Shown here: one piece after another, positions 9,094 through 17,530 of the stretch
How the letters are laid out: every line of letters starts with the position of its first letter
Position numbering within the stretch: the first letter of the stretch is position 1
Assembly: GCA_964575955.1 (NCBI GenBank)
Contig: CAZNTG010000006.1
Location: 458,107 to 490,106, forward strand
DNA: 32,000 nucleotides
From: an uncultured Thermoproteaceae archaeon
Lineage (GTDB): Archaea > Thermoproteota > Thermoprotei > Thermoproteales > Thermocladiaceae
Direction: 5' to 3'
Notes under the pieces: model-generated
What the model saw: only the letters and a program-made list of their open reading frames with translations
Told to the model about the DNA's origin: nothing
Database searches by the model: none
Position numbers and translations under genes: made by a program

Positions 9094-10383
9094 CTACACT
9101 ATGAGTCTTAGGTCATAACCAAGCTTTTCAATATTTAACTCGACTTCTTCACCTGTGTAGTTAGCGATTGAGGTCATTCCATTGCTAAGATCACGCTTTA
9201 GTGCTATGAGGTTCAAGTTATCTATACCCTCCTCCTTCAGCTTAAGTACATTGATGAATTCTCTAATTAATTCTAAGCTATGTGTAGAAAGTATGACTTG
9301 TACGCCTTTTTTCGCAAATTCTATAGTCATTTCACAGAATTTTCTAAGTAAACCTGGGTGTAACGTATTCTCAGGTTCTTCAATGAGGATTATAGAGGGT
9401 CTAAGTTTCTCTGCTACGGTATATGCCAGTAGTGCTGTGATAAAACTCTTGATGCCATATCCACATAGCTCTATATCGAGTGGTCTATCTACACCTCTAT
9501 ACTTAACAAGACATCTTACACGTCTTATAGAGTCTCCTGGTACAAAATCTAAATCTTCAATATAATCTATATATGTGTTTATATACTCTTTTAATTTACT
9601 ACTTAAGCCTAGTTCTATAATTTTACGTAGAAGATTTTTAAATAACACTCTCCCTCTTTCAATTACATCTATGAGAATGCAGTTCAATAACTGTATTTCT
9701 TCTTTTCTTCTCATTCCTACAGCGAAGGTAGCAATTCCATACGTGTGTGAAATTGAATAAGACATTCCGTAGAGATCTCTATTCACTAACGTACATAAAT
9801 AAAGTCTATCATATCTATATCTTCCACCAACAATTTCAAGTCTTCTCTCTACCTCTTCCTCTACCTCTCTTGGAGTAGGTAGAACCTCCTCAGGACGTAT
9901 AAGTTGCAATACTTCAAAGCCCAATGTGCTAATTAGATTAAAGATCTTGCTTACTCCGGATAACTTTCTTTTAAATATAGCTGCCTCTTTCTTCAAATGA
10001 TCAAGATATTTTCTAACATCTCTCTCCTCTATACCTAGCTCTTTACACTTTTTCAATAAAGCTAATCTCGATTTCGATAACAATGTACTTACAGTGTAAG
10101 TATGCTCATTAAGTTTAATCTCTAAATCTATCTCTGATAAGTTTGAATCTCTAAATAGCAAATTTGTGATAGAGCTATACTTACCGGCTAGAATACACAG
10201 TGTACATTGATCAGCTAGATCACGTAATCCTCGGAGACTAGAAGTTGATAGATATATAGCTTCAAGAATAGAACTCTTACCTGCATCATTTCTTCCAACA
10301 ATTATAGATATTTTAGAGAAGGTTACTTCTGCAACCTCTCTTATACCTTTAAAATTTTTTATAGTAAGTTTTCTAACATACAT
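9094..10383 (-). CDS. ABC-type (SMC/RecF/OLD-like, AAA_15/AAA_21) ATPase
   Basis: N-terminus MYVRKLTIKNFKGI...IIVGRNDAGKSS (Walker A, 10270-10296). Long charged/helical insertion, signature-like CGYGIKSF, Walker B IILIEEPE (9370-9393), then LHP and STHS H-loop. Confidence 0.8.
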   Translation of the reverse strand: MYVRKLTIKNFKGIREVAEVTFSKISIIVGRNDAGKSSILEAIYLSTSSLRGLRDLADQCTLCILAGKYSSITNLLFRDSNLSEIDLEIKLNEHTYTVSTLLSKSRLALLKKCKELGIEERDVRKYLDHLKKEAAIFKRKLSGVSKIFNLISTLGFEVLQLIRPEEVLPTPREVEEEVERRLEIVGGRYRYDRLYLCTLVNRDLYGMSYSISHTYGIATFAVGMRRKEEIQLLNCILIDVIERGRVLFKNLLRKIIELGLSSKLKEYINTYIDYIEDLDFVPGDSIRRVRCLVKYRGVDRPLDIELCGYGIKSFITALLAYTVAEKLRPSIILIEEPENTLHPGLLRKFCEMTIEFAKKGVQVILSTHSLELIREFINVLKLKEEGIDNLNLIALKRDLSNGMTSIANYTGEEVELNIEKLGYDLRLIV

Positions 10384-10406
10384 ATTGTATAGTATAGCTT
10401 CGCTCC

Positions 10407-10415
10407 TATATATAT
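10407..10415 (-). promoter_or_regulatory. TATA box for the ATPase/TOPRIM operon
   Basis: TATATATAT lies 24-32 nt upstream of the ATG at 10383, consistent with a leaderless or short-leader archaeal transcript. Confidence 0.5.
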
Positions 10416-10446
10416 CTGTGGGATTATCATGTTCTTGAATGTGTGG

Positions 10447-11142
10447 TTAGATCAGTTTTGTCTGTTTTAGAGCTTTAATTATTCTATCTGGGTAGTCTGA
10501 TGCTACCATGTCAACTCCAAACTCTAACACTCTCTGTAGATCATGTTCATCATTTATGACCCATGTACCAACTTTCATACCTAAATTATGAGCTTCTTCT
10601 ACAAGCTCTTTATCAAGCATATCATATCTTGGCAATATTATGTCTGGTTTTTCATGTTTAAACATATCTTCAAGACTTATAGGTCTACATACGAAAATTG
10701 CACCAAACATATATCCTCTATCTTTTACATTTTTAATAATTTTATGGTGAAATGATACAAATATAATTCTATTCTTCTCTATACCATATCTAGATACTAT
10801 ATCTAATACCTTATCTACAGTGTCTGGCTCCTTTATTTCAATTATAATTTTAACATTCTTATTCTTTAAAACTTCTAATGCTTCTTCTAATGTTGGAATC
10901 CTCTCTCCCCTTATAGAGAATTTTCTAATAAATTCAAATGTTCTATCTCTAAGTCTTCCATGAATTTTTAATAGTCTGTCTAGTTTTTCATCATGGAATA
11001 GTACGATTACTCCATCTTTAGTCATTCTAACATCAAATTCTACAGCATCAACACCCATCTCAATAGCCTTCTTAATTGATACTAGCGTGTTTTCAGGATA
11101 GTAACCACAGGCACCTCTATGACCTATGACTAGAGGTCTCAT
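10447..11142 (-). CDS. Glycerophosphodiester phosphodiesterase (GDPD family)
   Basis: MRPLVIGHRGACGYYPENTLVS...GVDAVEFDVRMTKDGVIVLFHDEKLDR is the canonical GDPD N-terminal motif set. The ORF track begins at a TTG (11169). The ATG at 11142 sits about 26-36 nt downstream of an AT-rich TATA-like element and is preferred. Confidence 0.88.
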   Translation of the reverse strand: MRPLVIGHRGACGYYPENTLVSIKKAIEMGVDAVEFDVRMTKDGVIVLFHDEKLDRLLKIHGRLRDRTFEFIRKFSIRGERIPTLEEALEVLKNKNVKIIIEIKEPDTVDKVLDIVSRYGIEKNRIIFVSFHHKIIKNVKDRGYMFGAIFVCRPISLEDMFKHEKPDIILPRYDMLDKELVEEAHNLGMKVGTWVINDEHDLQRVLEFGVDMVASDYPDRIIKALKQTKLI

Positions 11143-11176
11143 AGTACTATTTAAACAACAATTATTCAATATATTA

Positions 11177-11440
11177 ATGTCTATGCCTGTAACTATAAGA
11201 ATTGAAGGTCCTGAATATTACATATACACATTGAGGTCTTGGCTTAAAGAAGTTGAAGATTTTATTAAAGAGATGACCTGTATAGATGAGTTAAACGTTA
11301 TAGAGTTAGTAGGAGATCAAGTTAGGATATATGTAGATAGTAAGCTAGTATTTGAAGGACTTCCAGATGCTGAGTGGGCTTTAGCTGAAATATTGATACA
11401 TGAGTTGAAGAGTATGGGTTATGAATGTGAGAGTGAATGA
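11177..11440 (+). CDS. Hypothetical small acidic protein
   Basis: Open frame with an ATG at 11177 (the track's 11126 start would overlap the GDPD gene). No recognisable motifs. Confidence 0.4.
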   Translation: MSMPVTIRIEGPEYYIYTLRSWLKEVEDFIKEMTCIDELNVIELVGDQVRIYVDSKLVFEGLPDAEWALAEILIHELKSMGYECESE

Positions 11441-11489
11441 TCAGCTCGTGGAATCTTCCTCAACATTCGGCGTGAATACGTTTCATCAT
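11441..11489 (-). ncRNA. C/D box sRNA (2'-O-methylation guide), canonical architecture
   Basis: Minus strand reads ATGATGA (C) - 12 nt AACGTATTCACG - CCGA (D') - ATG - TTGAGGA (C') - 12 nt AGATTCCACGAG - CTGA (D). Both spacers are exactly 12 nt with a 3-nt loop. The D' guide is complementary to GUGAAUACGU, which I recall as a universally conserved 16S rRNA segment. Confidence 0.68.
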
Positions 11490-11519
11490 AACTATCTAGT
11501 AAGACATATATAGTTAGTC

Positions 11520-11526
11520 TTATATA
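11520..11526 (+). promoter_or_regulatory. TATA box for rps6e
   Basis: TTATATA ends 26 nt upstream of the ATG at 11552. Confidence 0.5.
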
Positions 11527-11551
11527 CCCTCACACTCACCACATAATAAGC

Positions 11552-12013
11552 ATGCCAACATTTAAACTAGTACTTGCAGATCCAATGTCTGGAAAATCTA
11601 GACAATTTGAAATTAAGGATCCAGTAGCACAGAGATTTATAGGTTTAAAAATTGGTGATATTGTTGAAGCATCAATACTTAAAGGTGTTATAGATCTACC
11701 TCCTGGATTTAAAATTAAGATTACAGGAGGAAGTGGTTATGAAGGTGCACCAATGCTACCATACATTGAAGGTCCCGTAAAGAAGTATGTACTACTAAGT
11801 GGACCTCCAGGTTTTCATCCAAGAAAGAGAGGTGAAAGAAGGAGAAAGCTTGTTAGAGGTAATACGATAAATGAGCAGATAGTGCAGATAAATGCTGTAT
11901 TAATATATCCACCAAACTGGAAAGAAGGACCAATATTTCCACTTGGTGAAAAAGAGCTTCAGAAAGTCTTAGAGAAATTGAAGGGAGGTTCCGAGAAGGG
12001 TGAAGAGCAGTAA
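11552..12013 (+). CDS. rps6e: 30S ribosomal protein S6e
   Basis: MPTFKLVLADPMSGKSRQFEIKD...KIKITGGSGYEGAPM...RRRKLVRGN matches the S6e family pattern. Confidence 0.9.
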   Translation: MPTFKLVLADPMSGKSRQFEIKDPVAQRFIGLKIGDIVEASILKGVIDLPPGFKIKITGGSGYEGAPMLPYIEGPVKKYVLLSGPPGFHPRKRGERRRKLVRGNTINEQIVQINAVLIYPPNWKEGPIFPLGEKELQKVLEKLKGGSEKGEEQ

Positions 12014-12053
12014 AAATCACACTTATTAAATCTAGAATAGTATACTTAGTCTA

Positions 12054-13301
12054 GTGGTATATACAGTATTGAAACCTGAAGTATGTTATAGATGTAAGAC
12101 ATTTAAAAAGCTCTGTGGCTTACCTAGCTGTCCAATAAAGGAGAGATTGAAGGTTGTTATAAAGACTTTCACAAAAATATCTACAAACAGCGTAGTACTA
12201 GGAAGTACACCTCCAAGTGGTGTTGTTGGAGAATTTAACTATCCGAAAGTAAACATATACACAGGAATATCACCAGATAAGGATAGAGATGTAAAATTTT
12301 TAGAAGATCCTCAAAGATGGTGGTTAAACAACCTTTCTCTAGATGATGTTGTTAAAATTAGATCAAGTATGATATCAATATTAGATAAAAATGTAGACGT
12401 ACATGATGTAGATAAATTGTTAAGTAGAGAGATATCTCTAATTCAAATATCTTCAAAACCTGTTGATTGTGATGTATTTATAGAGAAGATACTTGATAAG
12501 AACATGATATTTGATCTAAAACTACTACCTCTAAGTGTTAGAGTTTTAGGAAATATTAAAATATCTTCAAATCCAAAGATTGAGAGAAGTTTAGAGAAAG
12601 TTATATATGATACAGACCTTAAAGCAAGAGATGCTGTTATTAAATTGTATAGAGATGGTATTGATATATACATTATACAGAAAGCTTTTAGCTTTGGACT
12701 ACTTGGAACTAGAAGATTTAGAAAGCTAGTACCTACAAGATGGGCTATAACTGCAGTTGATAGAATAATATCTCAATACCTTAGAAATACTATTACAAAA
12801 TTCGAATTTTTAGATAAGTTTAAATTTTATCAAATAACATATATGAATAATAGATTTACAGTAATAATGATACCAGGATCATTAAAAATTTCATGGCTAG
12901 AATTCTGGTATCCAAGATTAGGAATTGATAGTGGTGTTAAGAAAAGTCCAACTCTATCAGTACAGATTGAGGAAGATCTAAAAGGCAATGTTGAGACTAT
13001 GGATGGAGGTTTTGAAGCTGCTAGAATGGGAATATTAGAGACACTATATAGAAGAAGAGTACAGTGTAGAGTAATAATAGTTAGAGAAATACTACCTGAA
13101 TACTATATTGGTATTGGAAATTGGCATATTAGAGAAGATATGAGAAACATAGTTAACATAAAACCAATATTATCAACATATAATATTGATGAACTTATCA
13201 AAACTATAAATGAAAAACTTCCAAAAGAGATAGCTAGCGTTGTAGTGAGAAATGTTAGAAAATTATATTCTCAAAAATCTATACTAGAAACATTATGGTA
13301 A
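12054..13301 (+). CDS. Nre-family archaeal DNA repair protein (GTG start)
   Basis: N-terminal Cys cluster CYRCKTFKKLCGLPSCP is typical of the Nre N-terminal domain. Length is about 415 aa, and the C-terminus QKSILETLW resembles a PCNA-interacting (PIP-like) tail. Confidence 0.65.
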   Translation: MVYTVLKPEVCYRCKTFKKLCGLPSCPIKERLKVVIKTFTKISTNSVVLGSTPPSGVVGEFNYPKVNIYTGISPDKDRDVKFLEDPQRWWLNNLSLDDVVKIRSSMISILDKNVDVHDVDKLLSREISLIQISSKPVDCDVFIEKILDKNMIFDLKLLPLSVRVLGNIKISSNPKIERSLEKVIYDTDLKARDAVIKLYRDGIDIYIIQKAFSFGLLGTRRFRKLVPTRWAITAVDRIISQYLRNTITKFEFLDKFKFYQITYMNNRFTVIMIPGSLKISWLEFWYPRLGIDSGVKKSPTLSVQIEEDLKGNVETMDGGFEAARMGILETLYRRRVQCRVIIVREILPEYYIGIGNWHIREDMRNIVNIKPILSTYNIDELIKTINEKLPKEIASVVVRNVRKLYSQKSILETLW

Positions 13302-14251
13302 AGATACTACCTGCATTTGAATGTGAAAATAGGATAGTTGATATATGTGTTGAAGAGTTGAATAATGATAAGCTTATAGTACTACCAACAGAGACAGTAT
13401 ATGGAATTACTATAAAAATAAACTCAAAAAACATAGAATCCCTATACAGGATAAAGGGTAGACACGAAAGATTTACAATACATATATCACATATAGACGA
13501 TCTTAAGAATTTTGGAATAATAATTAAAGATAAGTATGTAGACATTATCGAAAATATAACACCAAATCCAATAACTTTAATAGTAGAAGATATTAACAAC
13601 AACAAGATTGGTATTAGAGTTCCTGACATAGAGTTAACCAGAGATATACTAAGCAGAGTAGGACCATGCTATATGCCTAGTGCAAATCTAAAAGATAATC
13701 CAAGTCCAACAAATATATATCACGTAATTGAAGATCTTTCAGAATATGTAGATCTGATAGTTGACTACGGTGAAGCTAGGTATGGTATTGATTCAACAGT
13801 TATAGATTTAACAAAAACTCCACATAAGGTATTGAGAATTGGAGCATTTACACCAGACAAATTGAGAGAGTATTTCAATAATATTGAAATTGATGAAAGA
13901 ATTTTAAAAATGAAACCTCTAGATAAGAAATATTTGAAGAATATTGAAGTATACGGATTTAAGAATATTGATAAAGTCTTTAGAATTTTAGATAAGTATG
14001 AGAGATGTATAATAGTATGTACATTAGAGACATATTACAATAATGTTGAGAAGTTTAGAGGTAATGTAGATTTCTACATCTTAGGTTCAATAGAGAATCC
14101 ATTAACACTTTATAGAAATGTATATCCATCTTTCAGATACATTATGAAGAAAAGTCCTGATAAAGTATTTCTAGAATTACTACCTGTTGAGGATGTTTTC
14201 CTACCTGTAATTGAGAAGTTTTTAAATGCTGTTAATTATATTCTTGAGTAG
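13295..14251 (+). CDS. sua5: L-threonylcarbamoyladenylate synthase (Sua5/YwlC; tRNA t6A pathway)
   Basis: YrdC-domain motifs LPTETVYGI, RIKGR, IGIRVPD, MPSANL, IDSTVIDL, plus a Sua5-type C-terminal domain. Overlaps the Nre stop by 7 nt. Confidence 0.82.
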   Translation: MVKILPAFECENRIVDICVEELNNDKLIVLPTETVYGITIKINSKNIESLYRIKGRHERFTIHISHIDDLKNFGIIIKDKYVDIIENITPNPITLIVEDINNNKIGIRVPDIELTRDILSRVGPCYMPSANLKDNPSPTNIYHVIEDLSEYVDLIVDYGEARYGIDSTVIDLTKTPHKVLRIGAFTPDKLREYFNNIEIDERILKMKPLDKKYLKNIEVYGFKNIDKVFRILDKYERCIIVCTLETYYNNVEKFRGNVDFYILGSIENPLTLYRNVYPSFRYIMKKSPDKVFLELLPVEDVFLPVIEKFLNAVNYILE

Positions 14252-14968
14252 TTACGTTCTTGGTGGTCCTTGTAATATTCTATTTAATTGTGCTAGAAAA
14301 TCATTTACAACTATCTCAAGTATTTGTTTACCCTTCTCCTTATCTAAATCTCTAGTTAATCTTCCAATTATACCAATATCTGAGATTTCCTTAGTTCTAT
14401 ATAATTTTAATGATCCTTCTCTAACAATATCAACTATTCTTTCAAATTTTACAAGTTCTTCATTTATTGTCATTATCATGTATGTTTCTACAAGTCCTGC
14501 ATGTTCTACATATACATCTCCAAGTAAATCTCTCAATTTTCTCTTAACTCTCTCATTTAGTACATAGTAGTGATATGTTTTGATACTATTTCTATAGTTT
14601 AACGTTCTTGCTACAAGATCTAGAATTTCACAATTACCTCCATGTCCATTAACTAGTACTACTCCTCTAGGTGAACATGTCTCTATTATTGACTCTACAA
14701 TATCTTCAATATATCTCATAAATGTTCTTGGAAGTACGTATATAGTTCCTGGAAAGTCTTTATGCTCCATAGAGCAGGTGTAGTATATTGGTGGTAGTAC
14801 TAGTACTGTATCTCCAAGTACTCTCTCAGCTATTGAACATAGATATTCTGCAATTATAGTATCACAAGTATATGGTAGATGAGGTCCATGTTGTTCAACA
14901 CTTCCAATAGGTATCAATACTAGTCTATTTGGAGTGAAGTCTAGAAGTGTCATATTTTCAAGTCTCAC
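14252..14968 (-). CDS. Creatininase-family amidohydrolase (possibly ArfB-like)
   Basis: LIPIGSVEQHGPHLPYTCDTIIAE and VNGHGGN are hallmark creatininase-family motifs. Confidence 0.82.
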   Translation of the reverse strand: MRLENMTLLDFTPNRLVLIPIGSVEQHGPHLPYTCDTIIAEYLCSIAERVLGDTVLVLPPIYYTCSMEHKDFPGTIYVLPRTFMRYIEDIVESIIETCSPRGVVLVNGHGGNCEILDLVARTLNYRNSIKTYHYYVLNERVKRKLRDLLGDVYVEHAGLVETYMIMTINEELVKFERIVDIVREGSLKLYRTKEISDIGIIGRLTRDLDKEKGKQILEIVVNDFLAQLNRILQGPPRT

Positions 14969-15093
14969 TATGATGCACCTACTATGAGGATTTTTAAGAG
15001 ATATTTAGAGGAGATTTAAATATGTCACTTGAATACTTAATCTAGAGTACTTTTCAAGTAGCATACTTTTAAATCATCGTAGCATCATAGAAC

Positions 15094-15525
15094 ATGATTC
15101 GAATAGCAATAGCAACAGACGATGGAAACATAGTATCCAACAGGATGTTTACAGTAGCTAAGATGTTTAAGATATATGACATGGATGAGGAGAAGGGAAC
15201 ATTAACATTTGTTGAAGATAGAAAGAATGCATTAGCAACATCTCAAGAAGTTTCAAATATGCCTGAAGAAGAGTATTGTAAACTTCTTCATGAGAAAGTT
15301 CTAAACGATATTAATGTAATAATTGGAACAGTATGCACAAGATTAACATACTACTACTTCCTATCTAACAATGTTCAAGTTCTCTTTGTTGAGAGAGATA
15401 CACCAATATCAATGGTTGAGGAATATCTTAGAAGAGTTGCAGAAGAGATAAGTAAGGAATTGAAAGCACAGAGTGGAGGTTATAGTGAGGAAGAGTTTGA
15501 GAGTGAGGAAGAGGAAGGATATTAA
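15094..15525 (+). CDS. NifB/NifX-like (dinitrogenase FeMo-cofactor-binding fold) small protein with acidic tail
   Basis: [15 protein letters not shown]...[11 protein letters not shown]...VEDRKN and ...DINVIIGT...VQVLFVE follow the layout of the NifX/NifB C-terminal domain family. The usual HFG motif is absent, and the C-terminal [12 protein letters not shown] tail is acidic. Confidence 0.45.
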   Translation: MIRIAIATDDGNIVSNRMFTVAKMFKIYDMDEEKGTLTFVEDRKNALATSQEVSNMPEEEYCKLLHEKVLNDINVIIGTVCTRLTYYYFLSNNVQVLFVERDTPISMVEEYLRRVAEEISKELKAQSGGYSEEEFESEEEEGY

Positions 15526-16523
15526 TCATAACCAAACTCTCTTCTAAGTTCTATAGAAGCTTTAACAATATTTCTCAATTTTTCTAAAGCAATTTCTCTA
15601 GGAAGTCTCTTCAAACCACAGTCAGGATCTAGATAAATCTTTTCAGGACCTACAATATCGAGTTTCAATAATCTATATACAGCATCTTTAATCTCTTCAA
15701 CAGTCTCTACACGTAGTGTATGTACATCAACAACACCAAATCCAAGCTCCTTATTATATCCATACTCTTTCAAATATGGTAATAGTCTAAAGTTACTATT
15801 CTTAAATTCAAAATCGAATTGATCTACAGGATAGTCTAGAAGGTATGGTATTATCTTTTCAATTTTTCCAAAACATATATGGACTATCTTCTTACAGTCT
15901 AATCCATGTAGCATCTCTTTAAGAACATCTTTCAAAATCTCTACTTCCTCCTTCACAGGTCTTGTAGATAGTGCTGGTTCATCAACTTGAACAAATTTTG
16001 CACCTCTCTTAACAGCTTCCTCAATCTCTACTCTGAGAGCTTTAGCAATATCAAACATTAATTCTACTCTATCTCTATAGTATAGATTAAAACTCCAATC
16101 AACAATTGTGTATGGTCCTGTAAGTATGAATTTTACAGGTCTTCCATCACTGACACTTTTTGCAAATTCCCAATCTTCAATAATCATTTTACAACAATAC
16201 TCAACCTTATCTACAACTATAGGCTTTCTGAAATAGACATTGTCAAATATTCTAACCCAATCACCTACCTTATACCCTTTCATTCTCTCTACAAAGAATA
16301 CAACCATATCTTCTCTTGTCTGTTCACCATCACTAATTATGTCGATACCTGCAGTGATGTAGTCTTGAACTACCTTCCTAATAGCTTCTCTACAAATATT
16401 TCTAAACTCCTCCTCACCAATAAGACCTCTCTTTCTCTTCTCTATAGCTTCTTGAGCTTCTGGAAACTTTGGATAACTACCAACTACAGTTGTTATGAAT
16501 GCTTTTGGTAATCTATAAGTCAT
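15522..16523 (-). CDS. metE: Cobalamin-independent methionine synthase, catalytic (MetE C-terminal-like) subunit
   Basis: [35 protein letters not shown] and DPDCGLK (Zn ligands) are MetE catalytic-domain motifs. Confidence 0.85.
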   Translation of the reverse strand: MTYRLPKAFITTVVGSYPKFPEAQEAIEKRKRGLIGEEEFRNICREAIRKVVQDYITAGIDIISDGEQTREDMVVFFVERMKGYKVGDWVRIFDNVYFRKPIVVDKVEYCCKMIIEDWEFAKSVSDGRPVKFILTGPYTIVDWSFNLYYRDRVELMFDIAKALRVEIEEAVKRGAKFVQVDEPALSTRPVKEEVEILKDVLKEMLHGLDCKKIVHICFGKIEKIIPYLLDYPVDQFDFEFKNSNFRLLPYLKEYGYNKELGFGVVDVHTLRVETVEEIKDAVYRLLKLDIVGPEKIYLDPDCGLKRLPREIALEKLRNIVKASIELRREFGYD

Positions 16524-17494
16524 GACTTAGATAATTCCTCTAAAATCCTTAAACCATATCGTCCTAATAGTCTAGTCTTCTCAATAGCATATTCTAATGG
16601 TATTAATTCAAAACTTGAAGATGTTGTTAATGCACCAATCTTTCTATCAGAAACTATCTCAAGAACTTTATCTACAATCTTCTTAACATATTCATAATCT
16701 TCACATTTAATATCTCTACCATCAATAATACCTAAACCAAGTCTTGAACCTTCAGGCTTAACATCCCTCAAAACTTGAAATGTTCTATCTGTATATTCTA
16801 CAAAGCTTATACATACAAGATCTACAGAAGTGTCAAATATTCTCTTTAACACACTACTCTTAGGAACATTGAAATATATTGATAGTATAACTCTATCATA
16901 AACCTTCTTCAACTCTCTAACACATCCATCCAATACGTCTAGAAACTTCTCATCAAAATCAGGATCTGCAACATATGGTTCATCAATCTGTAAAAATTCA
17001 GGCTTTATACCACCAATCTCAACATCAAGAATGTATAATCTAGATATTGAGTAAGCTAGCTCTACCTTATCTAGATCGGTTTTAGACATATTAACAAATG
17101 TTATAGGTCCTGGAACACTTATCTTAACTGGTTTATAATGTACAAACTTCTTAAGTAATCTACATCTTGTAGATATTACACATCTCTGTATATCTGGCTC
17201 TTCTACAAATACGGGAATTCTATAGAAGAAGTTATTGTCAAAATATCTCAATAGACCATCATAGTATACTCCTCTCCAAGATTCTACGAAGGGTCTAAAT
17301 ATGTCATGAAAATCTATCTGTGGATCTTGAATTATGGTCATATTTGAACCATCTTGAACACCACAGAGATATGCTAGATCTTCAATTAGAGATGTGTAAT
17401 ATTCTATATATGTTAGTTTACCTTCATCAAAATCTCTTATAGTTTTTCTAAATTTAGAACTTCTAGAATATCCTCCAAGTATGAATATTTCCAT
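16520..17494 (-). CDS. MetE N-terminal-domain-like protein (second half of split methionine synthase)
   Basis: 324-aa TIM-barrel-like paralogue with LQIDEPY but no Zn-ligand motifs. It has an ATGA overlap with the catalytic subunit gene. Confidence 0.65.
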   Translation of the reverse strand: MEIFILGGYSRSSKFRKTIRDFDEGKLTYIEYYTSLIEDLAYLCGVQDGSNMTIIQDPQIDFHDIFRPFVESWRGVYYDGLLRYFDNNFFYRIPVFVEEPDIQRCVISTRCRLLKKFVHYKPVKISVPGPITFVNMSKTDLDKVELAYSISRLYILDVEIGGIKPEFLQIDEPYVADPDFDEKFLDVLDGCVRELKKVYDRVILSIYFNVPKSSVLKRIFDTSVDLVCISFVEYTDRTFQVLRDVKPEGSRLGLGIIDGRDIKCEDYEYVKKIVDKVLEIVSDRKIGALTTSSSFELIPLEYAIEKTRLLGRYGLRILEELSKS

Positions 17495-17530
17495 ACTCTA
17501 GACCATGTTAAGAATATTCTAAAGTATTTT

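Noticed and set aside
8165-10446. Whether the ATPase/TOPRIM cassette is part of a mobile element or integrated virus.
   Set aside because: I found no integrase, transposase, flanking direct or inverted repeats, or tRNA attachment site by eye. It is reported only as an accessory-looking two-gene module.
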